The notes beneath the pieces were generated by a model that did not search any database, was not told the origin of the DNA, and saw nothing but the letters and a program-made list of their open reading frames with translations. This document shows positions 28,680 to 39,572 of a stretch of 51,373 bases of DNA, in pieces (the stretch's first letter is position 1; each line of letters starts with the position of its first letter). Both the position numbers and the translations under genes were made by a program. The stretch is from a bacterium (GTDB lineage Bacteria; Hinthialibacterota; Hinthialibacteria; Hinthialibacterales; Hinthialibacteraceae), in assembly GCA_963663405.2 (NCBI GenBank), contig CAXXSM010000125.1:1-51373 (forward strand), read 5' to 3'.

Positions 28680-29330
28680 TTAAAGACCGACCAGTGTATC
28701 ATCGCAGGGATAGGATGACCGGGCGCCGAGGAAAATGATGTCACCGAAACTCTGCAATCCATTGCTTACTTCGTATGTTACCGTGTTTCCCCAGGTGTTG
28801 GTAAAGTCAGGCCCCGCGCTGGTGACTTTATAGTTGGCGCAACGGGCTTGTGGCGGGAGGATCGTTAGACCGCCGAAGACAATCCGGCTACGGGCTTCGG
28901 TGTAGTCGTAGGTTACGTACGCCGCGTCCTGATCTTCATTCATACGCGCCCCCGGTGGTCCGTAGATGAAGGGATCCTGCGGCACCGCGGAGATGTAAGA
29001 GACCGGTGTAGTTAAGGGGATGAGGCGCCGGTTAACGGGATTTTTTTGTACGCCACTCTCATCCAGCCATGGGGGGTACATATTGTTGTCGATGTAGTAG
29101 CTTTCAAGAGCGGTCGTGATGGATTTGAGCTCGGATTCCGCCTTCGCGACTTTGGCGCGGATTTGTGCGTTCAAAAAATTGGGGACGGCGATGGCGGCTA
29201 GAATCCCGATGATGGCGACCACGATGAGTAACTCGATCAGGGTGAAGCCGTTCTTCACGCGCCGGGAAAAAGAATTCTTCAATCCTGATCTCACGCGCTG
29301 TTTGAATTGGAACTTGTGGATACTGTACAC
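28680..29330 (-). CDS. Prepilin-type cleavage/methylation domain protein
   Basis: GFTLIELLIVVAIIGILAAIAVPNF; LTTPVSYI, SAGPD and NGLQSFGDI; start may be later. Confidence 0.85.
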   Translation of the reverse strand: MYSIHKFQFKQRVRSGLKNSFSRRVKNGFTLIELLIVVAIIGILAAIAVPNFLNAQIRAKVAKAESELKSITTALESYYIDNNMYPPWLDESGVQKNPVNRRLIPLTTPVSYISAVPQDPFIYGPPGARMNEDQDAAYVTYDYTEARSRIVFGGLTILPPQARCANYKVTSAGPDFTNTWGNTVTYEVSNGLQSFGDIIFLGARSSYPCDDTLVGL

Positions 29331-29633
29331 TCTCTTAAACCTCCGTATTCCGTATCGGCATTTGCCGTTTTGCCATACTCTCTGACTGTTAAATTCAGGT
29401 TGGCGTTTTTTTAGAATTAATTTGATCTTGCCATTATTGCTTCAACTTGTCAATATACTCATGATAAAATGGGCGTGAAAGAAAAAGAATGGGATTGTTA
29501 GGAAAACAATAGAAATACCTTTTTCTCCGGCCTTTATCGTTTCCCCTAACCCGCATTATAATGTTTTTTTAGTCAAAAAAGAAAAAACAACGATACGGTT
29601 GTTACTACTAAATCCATGTTGGGAGATAGAAGC

Positions 29634-30980
29634 ATGTCCAAAAAAAGTGAAGTGAACCGCAGAGAATTTATCTCTCGTTCGGGGAAAATCGCCGCTGGCC
29701 TTGGTGTGGCCGCCGCCGTGACAGGACCGGCGATTAATGTACTCGGCGCCAATGAGAAAGTGCTTATCGGCTTGATCGGTCCAGGCCGCCGGGGACGCGC
29801 GGTGATGGGATTGTGCCAGCAGATGTCGAAAGAGAGAAACAAACCGCTCGAATTCATCGCGGTGGCGGATATTTTCGAAGGATGGCGGGATCTGGCGGTG
29901 ATGGAAATTGAACGCACGAATGGCAAGTTGGATGTCGAGTACGAACACGATATAGAGACTTATGACAACCACATGAAGTTGTTGGAAAACAAAGACGTTG
30001 ACGCCGTTCTCGTCGCCACACCCGAACACCTTCACGCCCAGCATATGTTGGACGTAATCGCGGCGGGGAAAGATATGTACATCGAAAAGCCGATGGTGCA
30101 CACAATTGAAGAAGGTCTCGCGGTGGTGAAAGCGGCTAAACTGAGTGATTGCGTCATCCAGTGTGGAACCATGCGCCGCAGTGTGCCACTGTACGATATC
30201 GCGTATGAAATGATCAAAAAAGGCGAGATCGGCGAGGTTCATTACACCGAAGGCTGGTGGCACCGGAATTTCAACAAAGGCCAGTCGAACGCGGCGTGGC
30301 GGTATGATATCCCCGAAGACGCCGATGAAGATACGATCAACTGGAAAGAGTTCATCGGCGATACGCCCTACACGCCATTTGACACAGGCCGGTACTTCCA
30401 GTGGCGTTGTTATTGGGAATATTCCAATGGGATCGGCAGTGATCTTATGGTGCACCAGATGGATGTGATCAACAAGGTTATGGGAACCACCATGCCGAAG
30501 AGCGTGGTCTCCTCCGGCGGCGTCTACCGGTGGAAAGATGGGCGCTCCTCCTGCGATACCTGGAGCAGTGTTTTTGAATACGAAGAAGGTTTCCAAGCCA
30601 ACTACCGCAGCCACTTCAACAATAAACAACAGGAATTCGGTATCCGCATTATGGGAACCGATGGAATCATTGAAATTCTGATGTCCGCTGTGTTGAATGT
30701 GATTCCGGAAGAGGGGGATTTATGCAGTAATAAGAATCTGAAAGCGAAGAGTATTTACTACCCAGATGATAATACATCCGCGAACTTTATGACCGCGCAC
30801 TTTGCTTCAGTGAAGGATCACTTGGCGAACTGGATTGACTGCATCCATTCCCGCAAAGCGCCGAATTGCGACGTGCTGACCGGTTTTTATGGATCGGCTC
30901 TATCCTCCATGGCGGTCCAATCCTATCATGAAGGTAAACGGCTTTATTGGGATAAAGAGCGGGAATTAGTCTACAGCTGA
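29634..30980 (+). CDS. Tat-exported Gfo/Idh/MocA oxidoreductase
   Basis: NRREFI Tat motif, IGPGRRG, ATPEHLH, YIEKP and DLMVH. Confidence 0.92.
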   Translation: MSKKSEVNRREFISRSGKIAAGLGVAAAVTGPAINVLGANEKVLIGLIGPGRRGRAVMGLCQQMSKERNKPLEFIAVADIFEGWRDLAVMEIERTNGKLDVEYEHDIETYDNHMKLLENKDVDAVLVATPEHLHAQHMLDVIAAGKDMYIEKPMVHTIEEGLAVVKAAKLSDCVIQCGTMRRSVPLYDIAYEMIKKGEIGEVHYTEGWWHRNFNKGQSNAAWRYDIPEDADEDTINWKEFIGDTPYTPFDTGRYFQWRCYWEYSNGIGSDLMVHQMDVINKVMGTTMPKSVVSSGGVYRWKDGRSSCDTWSSVFEYEEGFQANYRSHFNNKQQEFGIRIMGTDGIIEILMSAVLNVIPEEGDLCSNKNLKAKSIYYPDDNTSANFMTAHFASVKDHLANWIDCIHSRKAPNCDVLTGFYGSALSSMAVQSYHEGKRLYWDKERELVYS

Positions 30981-31007
30981 TCGTTTCGCAATAAATAGTA
31001 AATAGAT

Positions 31008-31037
31008 AGAAGGGGCGCATTTAACCGCGCCCCTTCT
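31008..31037. terminator. Hairpin between convergent genes
   Basis: AGAAGGGGCGC/GCGCCCCTTCT 11-bp stem. Confidence 0.7.
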
Positions 31038-31051
31038 TCATTTATAGAATG

Positions 31052-31411
31052 TTATTCTTCTTTGTCCGGGAAGAAGATATCGTTTTCGTCTATATCGGGG
31101 ACGCCTGCGACGAGGACCAAGTGATCGCCTGTGGAGGAATGGATTGAGTTAGGATCGAGTTTCACCATTGTTCCAGGACCGATGGGGAACGATTCGCCAT
31201 CCACCGTCATCATTCCTGTGCCCTCGAGGACATAATAGAATTCCGTGGCGCGTTTGTGATAGTGCGTTGTTGAATTCTTGATCCGGACGACGTGAAACCA
31301 GGCGGGTGTATCATCTCCTTTGCTGAAGAGGCGCTGGCGATATCCACACGTGCTCTTTTCTTTTTTGATATTTTCCAATCGTTTTATTGTGAAGCGTTTG
31401 TTGTCGGGCAT
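31052..31411 (-). CDS. Cupin domain protein
   Basis: HYHKRATEFYYVLEG...H motif; AGGAG RBS. Confidence 0.88.
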   Translation of the reverse strand: MPDNKRFTIKRLENIKKEKSTCGYRQRLFSKGDDTPAWFHVVRIKNSTTHYHKRATEFYYVLEGTGMMTVDGESFPIGPGTMVKLDPNSIHSSTGDHLVLVAGVPDIDENDIFFPDKEE

Positions 31412-31450
31412 GTGTGTTTCTCCTTGGACGTTTTGATTTAGGATTTTCAT

Positions 31451-31474
31451 GGCGGGCGGGACGCCCGCCCTCCA
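31451..31474. repeat. REP-like GC-rich palindrome (family A, copy 2)
   Basis: GGCGGGCGGGACGCCCGCCCTCCA. Confidence 0.55.
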
Positions 31475-31509
31475 TTAATCACTCGACTTGTAATTTTTCG
31501 TAATATCCG

Positions 31510-32454
31510 TTAGGGATTGTTCCGGATGAACTCGATTTTTTCTTTGTCAAAACCATCCGGTTCGAGATGTGTCGTGACAGTGACCGGCGCGTCGAAGGCT
31601 TTCTGGAGTTCGGTTTCCAAGTGAGACGCTTGATCGTGGGCCTCCTGGAGTGACGCCTCTGATTGGAAGACCAAATGCAGATCGACGAAATGGCGGTTTC
31701 CTTCCGAGCGGTGCCGGAGCGCGTGATACCGCCACCGATGTTCGTTGGACTCGTTCTTTAACACTTCCCGCACAATTCGGTCTACATCCTGGTCGGCTTC
31801 ATCCATCAATCCAGAGAAGGATTGTTGCAAGAGGCGCATCCCAGTCAGAAAGATATAGATTCCTCCCAGCGTTGCGGCGAGAAGGTCGATGATTATTAAA
31901 CCAGTCAGTTTGGCGCCGATCATACCGATTAAGGCCGCGCCTGTCGTGATGACATCAGAAAGGACATGGTATCCGTTGGCTCGGACGATTAACGACTGGT
32001 GTTTGTTCCCGATTGCGATCAAATACCATCCAAGTACCGCATTGATCGCAGCCGCTAAGATAGCGTACGCCGCGCCGCCGAATACATCCATTAATTCATA
32101 GGAAAAAAGGAATCCTTCAATGATCCGCGCGAAGATGAGAATCGCGGACCCACAGACGAATCCTCCTTCCACGGCGGCGGAGAAGAATTGGATTTTTCCA
32201 TGTCCATACAGGTGATTGTCATCGGGGGGATGATAACTGTACCACAAACTGAAAGCGGCAAAGAGAACGGCGAGATTATGGACGAGAGATTCCAACATAT
32301 CCACCATCGCCGACATAGACCCTGACACCCAATACGCCAGGATTTTTATAATAATAATAACTGCCCCTACAGAAATCGAAATCAGGATCGCTTTCCCTTC
32401 GGGCCGGTGAAATAAGGATGTGCTTTGAGTAGGCTTTTTGCTCATGGATATCAC
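31510..32454 (-). CDS. Cation diffusion facilitator (FieF-like) transporter
   Basis: PPDDNHLYGHGK, HVLSD, GLMD, EAHD and HLEP. Confidence 0.92.
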   Translation of the reverse strand: MISMSKKPTQSTSLFHRPEGKAILISISVGAVIIIIKILAYWVSGSMSAMVDMLESLVHNLAVLFAAFSLWYSYHPPDDNHLYGHGKIQFFSAAVEGGFVCGSAILIFARIIEGFLFSYELMDVFGGAAYAILAAAINAVLGWYLIAIGNKHQSLIVRANGYHVLSDVITTGAALIGMIGAKLTGLIIIDLLAATLGGIYIFLTGMRLLQQSFSGLMDEADQDVDRIVREVLKNESNEHRWRYHALRHRSEGNRHFVDLHLVFQSEASLQEAHDQASHLETELQKAFDAPVTVTTHLEPDGFDKEKIEFIRNNP

Positions 32455-32846
32455 CTGAAATTGTAAAAGGTTATGGATAGAGTGTATCAGTGATTTCGTT
32501 CTAGCTACAAGGAGATGCCGAATAAAACTTTCATCCTTGGAAGTTAATGTAGGACCTTTTTGGTAAAATACCTTGACTCAAGACCTTTCAAATTCAAAAG
32601 TTATAGTTGAATATAAAACAATAGACAATTTGTCAATCCAATTTACATATTGCCCAATTAAATCGATTTAATTTAGTGTTTTGATTTTGATTATTACCAA
32701 TAGATTATGAAAAAGTCATTGAATCAAGGGGGATGGTTTGGCTGGATTCCAAGTAAAGTTCTTCTTCATTCATCCTGATAATATTAAAAATAGTGTTATT
32801 ATACGCTTGATTTCGTTTATGCTAGAAGAATTGCCGGAGGCGTGGT

Positions 32847-34022
32847 ATGACCGGTTTTTCATGGAGATGGGCAGAGATCTCTCCATTATTCTTTAGTATT
32901 CTTTTCTTCATTTCAGAGGTCCAAGCAGGCGGGCCTGTGGTGAAAAACGTGCGGGCTTCGCAGAGGGGGGATGAATCCCGGCTGGTGGATATTTATTATG
33001 ACCTTGAAGATTCGGATACGGAGCACGTTCTTGTCACCGTTAAGATTTCCGATAATGGGGGGGCGTCTTATGACTTAATACCGGTTACTCTTCAGGGTGA
33101 TTTTGGCTTGGTTGGGCCCGGTCTGAATCGGCATATTGTATGGGATTCAGGGCGGGATCTTCCGGGTGTATATGGTAAACATTACCGGGCGGCGGTGACG
33201 GCGGAAGACGCGTATACTCCTGAAGATGCACTTGTTACGATTGCGATTCCCGGACTTCCTCCAGGCTCCAAGCCGTTGGAGTTAATAGGTGTGCCTTCGG
33301 GAACTTTTTTGATGGGAAGTTTTCATGCGGATCCAAACCGGCCCGCAAATGAGAAACCTGAACATCACGTGACGATCGCGAAGAGTTTTTTCATGGGGCG
33401 ATGCGAGGTAACAAACGCGCAGTTCCGCGCGTTCCGCTCTCAGCATACCAGCGGAGATTATGAGGGGAATTCTCTCGATGGCGATAACCAGCCTGCGGCG
33501 CTCGTGAGTTGGAGCGAGGCTGCCGCGTTCTGTGATTGGTTGACGGAGGAAACCGGGATGCGGTTCCGTCTTCCGACCGAGGCGGAATGGGAATACGCTT
33601 CACGCGCAGGAACAACGTCGTACCGATTTTGGGAAGAGATGGCACCGGACGCATCGGCTTGTGAGTACGCGAATGTATTGGATTTAACCGCACAGAATGA
33701 TTCCATCACATCCCCATTGATGTTTCCATGTGAAGACGGTTATGTGGTCTCAGCGCCAGTGGGATCGTTTCTCCCCAATGCATTTGGATTGCATGATATG
33801 TTGGGAAACGTGTGGGAATGGTGTTTGGATTGGTACGAAGACTACACGAGCGATTCTCAAATCGATCCAGTAGGTGAGGGTGATCTTCTCTATCATGTGC
33901 GGCGGGGGGGCAGCTGGGCTGATGGTTCCGATTATATCCATACCGCGACACGTATTCCAAGCGCTGTGGGATTTCAACGGTATAACGTTGGTTTCCGGGT
34001 CGTGATGACTCCTCATGAATAG
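32847..34022 (+). CDS. Secreted formylglycine-generating-enzyme-fold (SUMF1) domain protein with an N-terminal beta-sandwich
   Basis: EVTNAQF, RLPTEAEWEYA, PNAFGLHDMLGNVWEW, RGGSW and VGFR. Confidence 0.9.
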   Translation: MTGFSWRWAEISPLFFSILFFISEVQAGGPVVKNVRASQRGDESRLVDIYYDLEDSDTEHVLVTVKISDNGGASYDLIPVTLQGDFGLVGPGLNRHIVWDSGRDLPGVYGKHYRAAVTAEDAYTPEDALVTIAIPGLPPGSKPLELIGVPSGTFLMGSFHADPNRPANEKPEHHVTIAKSFFMGRCEVTNAQFRAFRSQHTSGDYEGNSLDGDNQPAALVSWSEAAAFCDWLTEETGMRFRLPTEAEWEYASRAGTTSYRFWEEMAPDASACEYANVLDLTAQNDSITSPLMFPCEDGYVVSAPVGSFLPNAFGLHDMLGNVWEWCLDWYEDYTSDSQIDPVGEGDLLYHVRRGGSWADGSDYIHTATRIPSAVGFQRYNVGFRVVMTPHE

Positions 34023-34078
34023 AAATGCTTACTAAACGTGAGATGGATTAATATATTCACGATAATGGAATTCTAAGA

Positions 34079-37000
34079 ATGAAACGGGGATCGAAAAGAA
34101 GAGCAGCGATACTTCGCGTTTATGTAATGAGCGCGTTAATTATCTTTATGACATCCTCTAACGCGTATTCCACATCATCCACGGGATACTCGAATGAATT
34201 CATAATCCATAACACAGATCCACTTGAGATCATTACATCCTCACTGATGGATGGATTGATGGGGGGTATATACGAGTTCGCGATTGATATCGCCGATGGC
34301 GCGCCTCCTATCTCCTTTTCTATCGCCAATGGGGAATTGCCGCCTGGAGTGACTTTAAACGCTGATGCAGGAACGTTTTATGGTATTCCAACGCAAGCGG
34401 GTTTGTTTACGTTCTCTGTTGAAGCGGTTGATGATGTGAACGATCGTGTTACACGGGAATATACAATTCTAGTTAAGGCTCCACCGAAGTTCTTGACGAG
34501 TTCGATTCTCCCACGGGGCACATATGGGAAGGATTATTTAGTCTCTTTCGAGGCGGCTGATGGAACGCCGCCATACATTTTTTCTCGAACCGGAGGAACA
34601 TTGGCTCAAGGGCTGAGTTTCAATTCACTAGGATATCTTTTTGGCGCGCCGCTTCAAACGGGAACATTTTCATTCACTGCAAAAGTTCGTGATCAAGATG
34701 GATTTACGGCGGAAAAGGAATTTACATTTTCAATTGTCGATCCGGTCTCAATTTCAACGGAACAATTGGATGATATGGTTTTGGGGCAGGCATATGACGC
34801 TTCTATCACCGCACAGGGAGGATATGGGGAACTGACGTGGGAGGTCTATTCCGGCGTTTTGCCAAATGGGCTGAAATTGAATTCATTGAATGGAACACTT
34901 TCCGGCGCGCCCGATGAAAAAACGATTCGTCCAGTCTCGTTCGCGGTGTACGATGAAGAAGGCCGGATCGCCTTTCAAGATTATACCTTGCGTGTATCCG
35001 ATCCATTGACAATCCAGAGCGCCATTCTTCCAAACGCGATGAAAGGAGAATTCTATTCAGAGCCCGTGCTTGTCATGGGGGGGATCGGCCCTTATACATT
35101 TACCCTGCAAGGAGAATTGCCGGAAGGATTGTTGTTTAATCCATCGAATGGATCCGTGACCGGTATCCCTTTTTATTCTGAATCCAGTGAATTTACCGTG
35201 AAGGTGACGGATAGCCGGTATCCTTTTAAACAATCCGTGTCACGTACCTTTGGTTTGACCGTAATGGATGAATTCACGATTTTGGATGGTTCATTGATCT
35301 CGGAAGGCCGGGAAGGGAAGACCATTGATCCCATTTTGTTAACCGCAAAGGGAGGCGTTTCTCCCTATTACTGGACTGTGCGTAAAGGATTTCTACCGGA
35401 AGGAATCGAATTGAATGATGGGATTTTGACGGGAACCACGCTTTCGCGGGGGGATTATACATTTCACCTCCAAGTGACCGATTCGATGGGAACGTCTGCG
35501 CAAAAACAATTCTTCTGGCGTGTAACCAGTCCTTTGGAGATTCTTACCAACAAAGCTCCCGCTGGGGCGAAAGATGTTCCATATCGTTTGGCGCTGAGCG
35601 CTCGAGGAGGTGTGGCGCCGTATATCTGGCGTTTTAAAAGCGGTGTTATGCCGGAGGGACTTCGGGTGAATGATTATGGAACCATTTCGGGAACACCGAA
35701 ACGCAAACAGACAAGTACTTTTATTCTTGAAGTCAACGACAGCGGCGACAAACAACAGACCGTCGTACAGAAACTAACACTTACCGTGTCGGATTCTCTC
35801 GTGATTACACAGGGAAGCCTTACCAGCGCACGGAAGGATCAAGATTATTCCGCAAGTATTCGCGCCGCGTTGGGGACGTCTCCATATACATGGAAACTTC
35901 TGAGCGGCGTATTGCCTCAAGGACTCCGTTTGGAGCAGACATGGAATCGCGCGTATCTGAAAGGCGCGCCAACGGACACTGGATCCTATTCTTTTACTCT
36001 GCAAGTAAAGGACAGCGGGAAATACGTCCAATCCGCCACCCAAGCGTTTACTATGAATGTCTTTTCCATGGTAAAGATTGAAACGGAATCATTGCTGAAT
36101 GCGATTGCGGGATTTCCCTATTCCGATTCGATTGAGGCGGAAGGCGGTCTTTCCCCTTATTACTGGAAAATCACAAGCGGGGCTTTACCAGATGGATTGC
36201 GGATGGATTATTCTACCGGCGAAATATCAGGGGAAACGACAATGGATATCGGGGAAAGTTCCGATTTCACTGTGCGGGTGACCGATTCAGGCTTTCCCCC
36301 TATTTATGATGAGAAAGAGTATTCTATCTCTATCAATGATGACGTTGAAATTGTGACAAAATCAATGGATAGCGCATATAAAGGCGTTACATATTTTGCT
36401 TGGTTAGAAGGAGTGGGAGGAACCGCCCCCTATACTTGGACAATAGAGTCGGCCGAGGACGCTCCGAACGGTTTATACTTAGATCCATTGACGGGAATCC
36501 TTTCGGGTATCCCAACACAAGTGGGAGAATATAATTTTACGATCCGGATGCGGGATCAATCCGTCCCGCAGAAAACCACAGTCAGGGAATATACGCTTAC
36601 GGTGGAGTATCCCGGTCTCTATGTGGTGGCGTCGTTTTCGGTTGATGGTTTCTCCTATGGGATGCTTCCCAGTGGAGAGACGATTCCTGCGCTCGCAGCG
36701 GGTCAAACGGTGACCGTTTCGATTCGTGTCTACGATCCAGCGGGTGGGAATATTCAGGCGCCACAGATCACTCATTCTGAAATAGGGGATACAGGCTCGT
36801 TTCTCGTGACTGGTTTGAAAACCGGGAGAATCAATGGTTCGTATACCTATACGGTTCCAGAAAAACCATCGTCTCCACTCATCCAAATCTCACTGTTATT
36901 CCAATCACAATATGGGCGGAACTGCGTCTTTACAATGTTCATTGAGACAATCCAGGATGAACCAGAACCCACTCCAACACCGGTTTGGACTGAATCGGTT

Positions 37001-38611
37001 ATTGTCTGTGATGAACCGGGAACCCTGTGCGAAGACTTAACAGGAGAGACGGATTACGATCCCTTGGATTCCAGGAATCTATCCATTTATCGAAATGTAG
37101 AAACGGGAGATGCGAAGGACTGGCATGTGTATGTGCGGCAGGGATTGGGTGGGGCGATGTATTTGGGACGGATGGGTTCCGGCGCGGCTGATGCGCTCCA
37201 TTGGTATCCAGCCGCTCCCCTTCTGGCCGCCGAATTTCGGTCAGGTCCTAACTATAATTCCGTGTATTCGTTTCGGATTATCCGCATCGACGATCAACTT
37301 GATTCTACAGATATCTTCGATCAATCCGGTCCAGTTGGATATAATTTGGAAGGAGGGAATCCCGTTTCGTTGGCCCGTCCCGCCATGCCCAATTTAGAGC
37401 CGGGGCAGGTGAGCGTATACGACGGGCTTCTGGGTGGGCGCGATCTGGCGCCGATGGGGGAGAGTGGGCTTGATTATGATGATTCCAGTGCCCGTGGGAT
37501 TCAAATCGCGTGGAACTTTGGAATCGACTCTTCTACGATTAGCGAATATCACGTCTATGTAAAAGTGAATGATGGAGACTATGAGTTTTTGGGGCAGACG
37601 CTCTCCAGCCAGATCACGTATTTTTTATGGACGCCCAATGGAGAGTTTCGAACAAATGAGAAATTCGCGGAAGGACCGATGGATAGTCATATCTATCAAT
37701 TTCGTATCAATCCACTTGCTTTGAATGGATCATCGGAGGAACTTCACAGTGGTTCGCTGGAGTATCATGTATTGGACAATCCTGACGCTACGCCGGCGCC
37801 GGCGAATGTCGTGATCTATGATGACTCCGTTTCATCTCTTGATCTGACCGGGGGGATGGATTATGACGCGGTGTCTGAGAGGAATCTTACGATCGAATGT
37901 CTCGCGCCGATTCAGAACGCGAAAGACTGGCATGTTTATGTGAGAAAAGGATTGGGAGGAGTCAAGTATTTAGGCCGTACGGCGAGTGGAGAAACGCCAC
38001 GATTGGATTGGAACGCATCCACTTCGTTCTTGAGTTCGGAATTCCGGAAGGGGCCGGATTTCAACTCGGTCTATTCATTCCGTATGATTCGTTTGGATGG
38101 GGATCTTGGACCGGATGATTATTTTACTGTAGCGGGACCTGTAGGTTTTAATCTGGAAGGCGGCGCTCCACTCTCTCTTTTACAACCTGCGCCGCCCGAT
38201 TTGGAAACGGGAGAGATCGTTGTTTATGATGATATTCTCGGCGGGAATGATCTATCGTCTCCAGGAGGAACCGGATTTGACGAGGATCCCTCCAGCTGGC
38301 GGGCCCTTCAAATCGCCTGGAATTTTGGACTGGATTCTTCTCTTGTGAATGAATACCACGTTTATATTAGAGTGGATCAGAAATCCCGATTGGGAATATC
38401 TTGGGCAGACATTGGGATGGCTCAATCTCCTATTTCTGGTGGACCTCCGCAGATCAATTCAAGACAAAGACTGAATTTGCTGATGGCCCTGAACATGGGC
38501 ATACGTATCAATTCCAAACGGCCCTGATTCCCTTTAGCGGCTCTCGAAGGACTGTTAACGAGTGGGTCAATTGAGTATATCGTATCTGATGAGATGGGGA
38601 TGGATGATTGA
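34079..38611 (+). CDS. Large secreted protein with tandem putative Ig (He_PIG-like) repeats and a duplicated C-terminal module; frameshifted tail
   Basis: About nine GGxxPY...GxLPxGL...GxP repeats; two copies of DLTG..D.D...DWHVYVR.GLGG / QIAWNFG...EYHVY; tail continues out of frame to TGA 38609-38611. Confidence 0.8.
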
Positions 38612-38908
38612 AAACATTTGATTTCTAAAATTCGCGTACTTCGTTTTTCTATATTTCTACCCAAAGATTGAAAACTCAAACCTGACCAAGTAATAGATGT
38701 GATTTTTCCTATAAATCATTAAAATATCAAGATTTATTTCTTTTCTTGATAACAGGTTATATAATAAAAGTTTATACTTTTGAAGATTGAGAGACGAGTG
38801 GATTCAAAAGAAAACCTTTTTAAACGCTGTTTTTTTTCTCAATAGTAGGCTGTTTTTTTCGTTATAGAGTGTTGACATGAACGTTTTCTATATAAGCATC
38901 GGAGTAAA

Positions 38909-39520
38909 ATGAAAAGTATTAAAAAAATGTTAAGCCGTATTCGATATGGAAAACCGGTTGTCTTAGTCTCCGGTCTGCCACGGTCGGGCACATCGATGTT
39001 GATGCAAATGCTGGATCGAGGTGGTGTCCCTGTTGTGACAGATACGATTCGTAAAGCGGACGAAGATAATCCGAAGGGGTATTATGAGTTAGAGCAGGTC
39101 AAGGATCTGGATAAAGGTGGCGATAAATCTTGGCTTGAAGCGTACAAAGGACAGGCGGTGAAAATTATCTCGTTTTTACTGCGTGATCTGCCTGCCAATT
39201 TAAACTATAAAGTTCTTTTTATCCTGCGTGATATTGATGAGATTATCGAATCCCAGAAGAAAATGCTCGATCGGCGCGGTGAAGATCCGGATGGAACGAG
39301 TGATGAGAAAATGAAATCGAATTACGAGAATCACTTATGGCGGGTTCGATATCAACTTAATCATTCCTCCAATATGGATGCGCTGTATATTCAACACCGG
39401 GATATTCTCAACCAGCCGGAAATTGAGGCGAAACGGATTCACGCCTTTTTAGGCGATTCTCTTGATATTGAAGCCATGACGAGTGTTGTTGACAAATCAT
39501 TATATAGAAACCGCCGGTAA
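38909..39520 (+). CDS. Sulfotransferase-family protein
   Basis: 5'-PAPS-binding loop SGLPRSGTSMLM; NPKGYYE; ILRDIDEIIES (3'-PB-like R...S). Confidence 0.85.
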   Translation: MKSIKKMLSRIRYGKPVVLVSGLPRSGTSMLMQMLDRGGVPVVTDTIRKADEDNPKGYYELEQVKDLDKGGDKSWLEAYKGQAVKIISFLLRDLPANLNYKVLFILRDIDEIIESQKKMLDRRGEDPDGTSDEKMKSNYENHLWRVRYQLNHSSNMDALYIQHRDILNQPEIEAKRIHAFLGDSLDIEAMTSVVDKSLYRNRR

Positions 39521-39572
39521 TACCTTTGCAGGAACCGTTGAATTTGGATATTAAACACCATTTGAGAACAAT

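Noticed and set aside
29556-30629. 357-aa antisense ORF (likewise 2779-3444 and 20653-21516)
   Set aside because: Fully overlaps well-supported genes on the other strand and has no motifs
32847-34022. Diversity-generating retroelement target (FGE/CLec fold)
   Set aside because: No reverse transcriptase and no template repeat of its 3' end seen in the window
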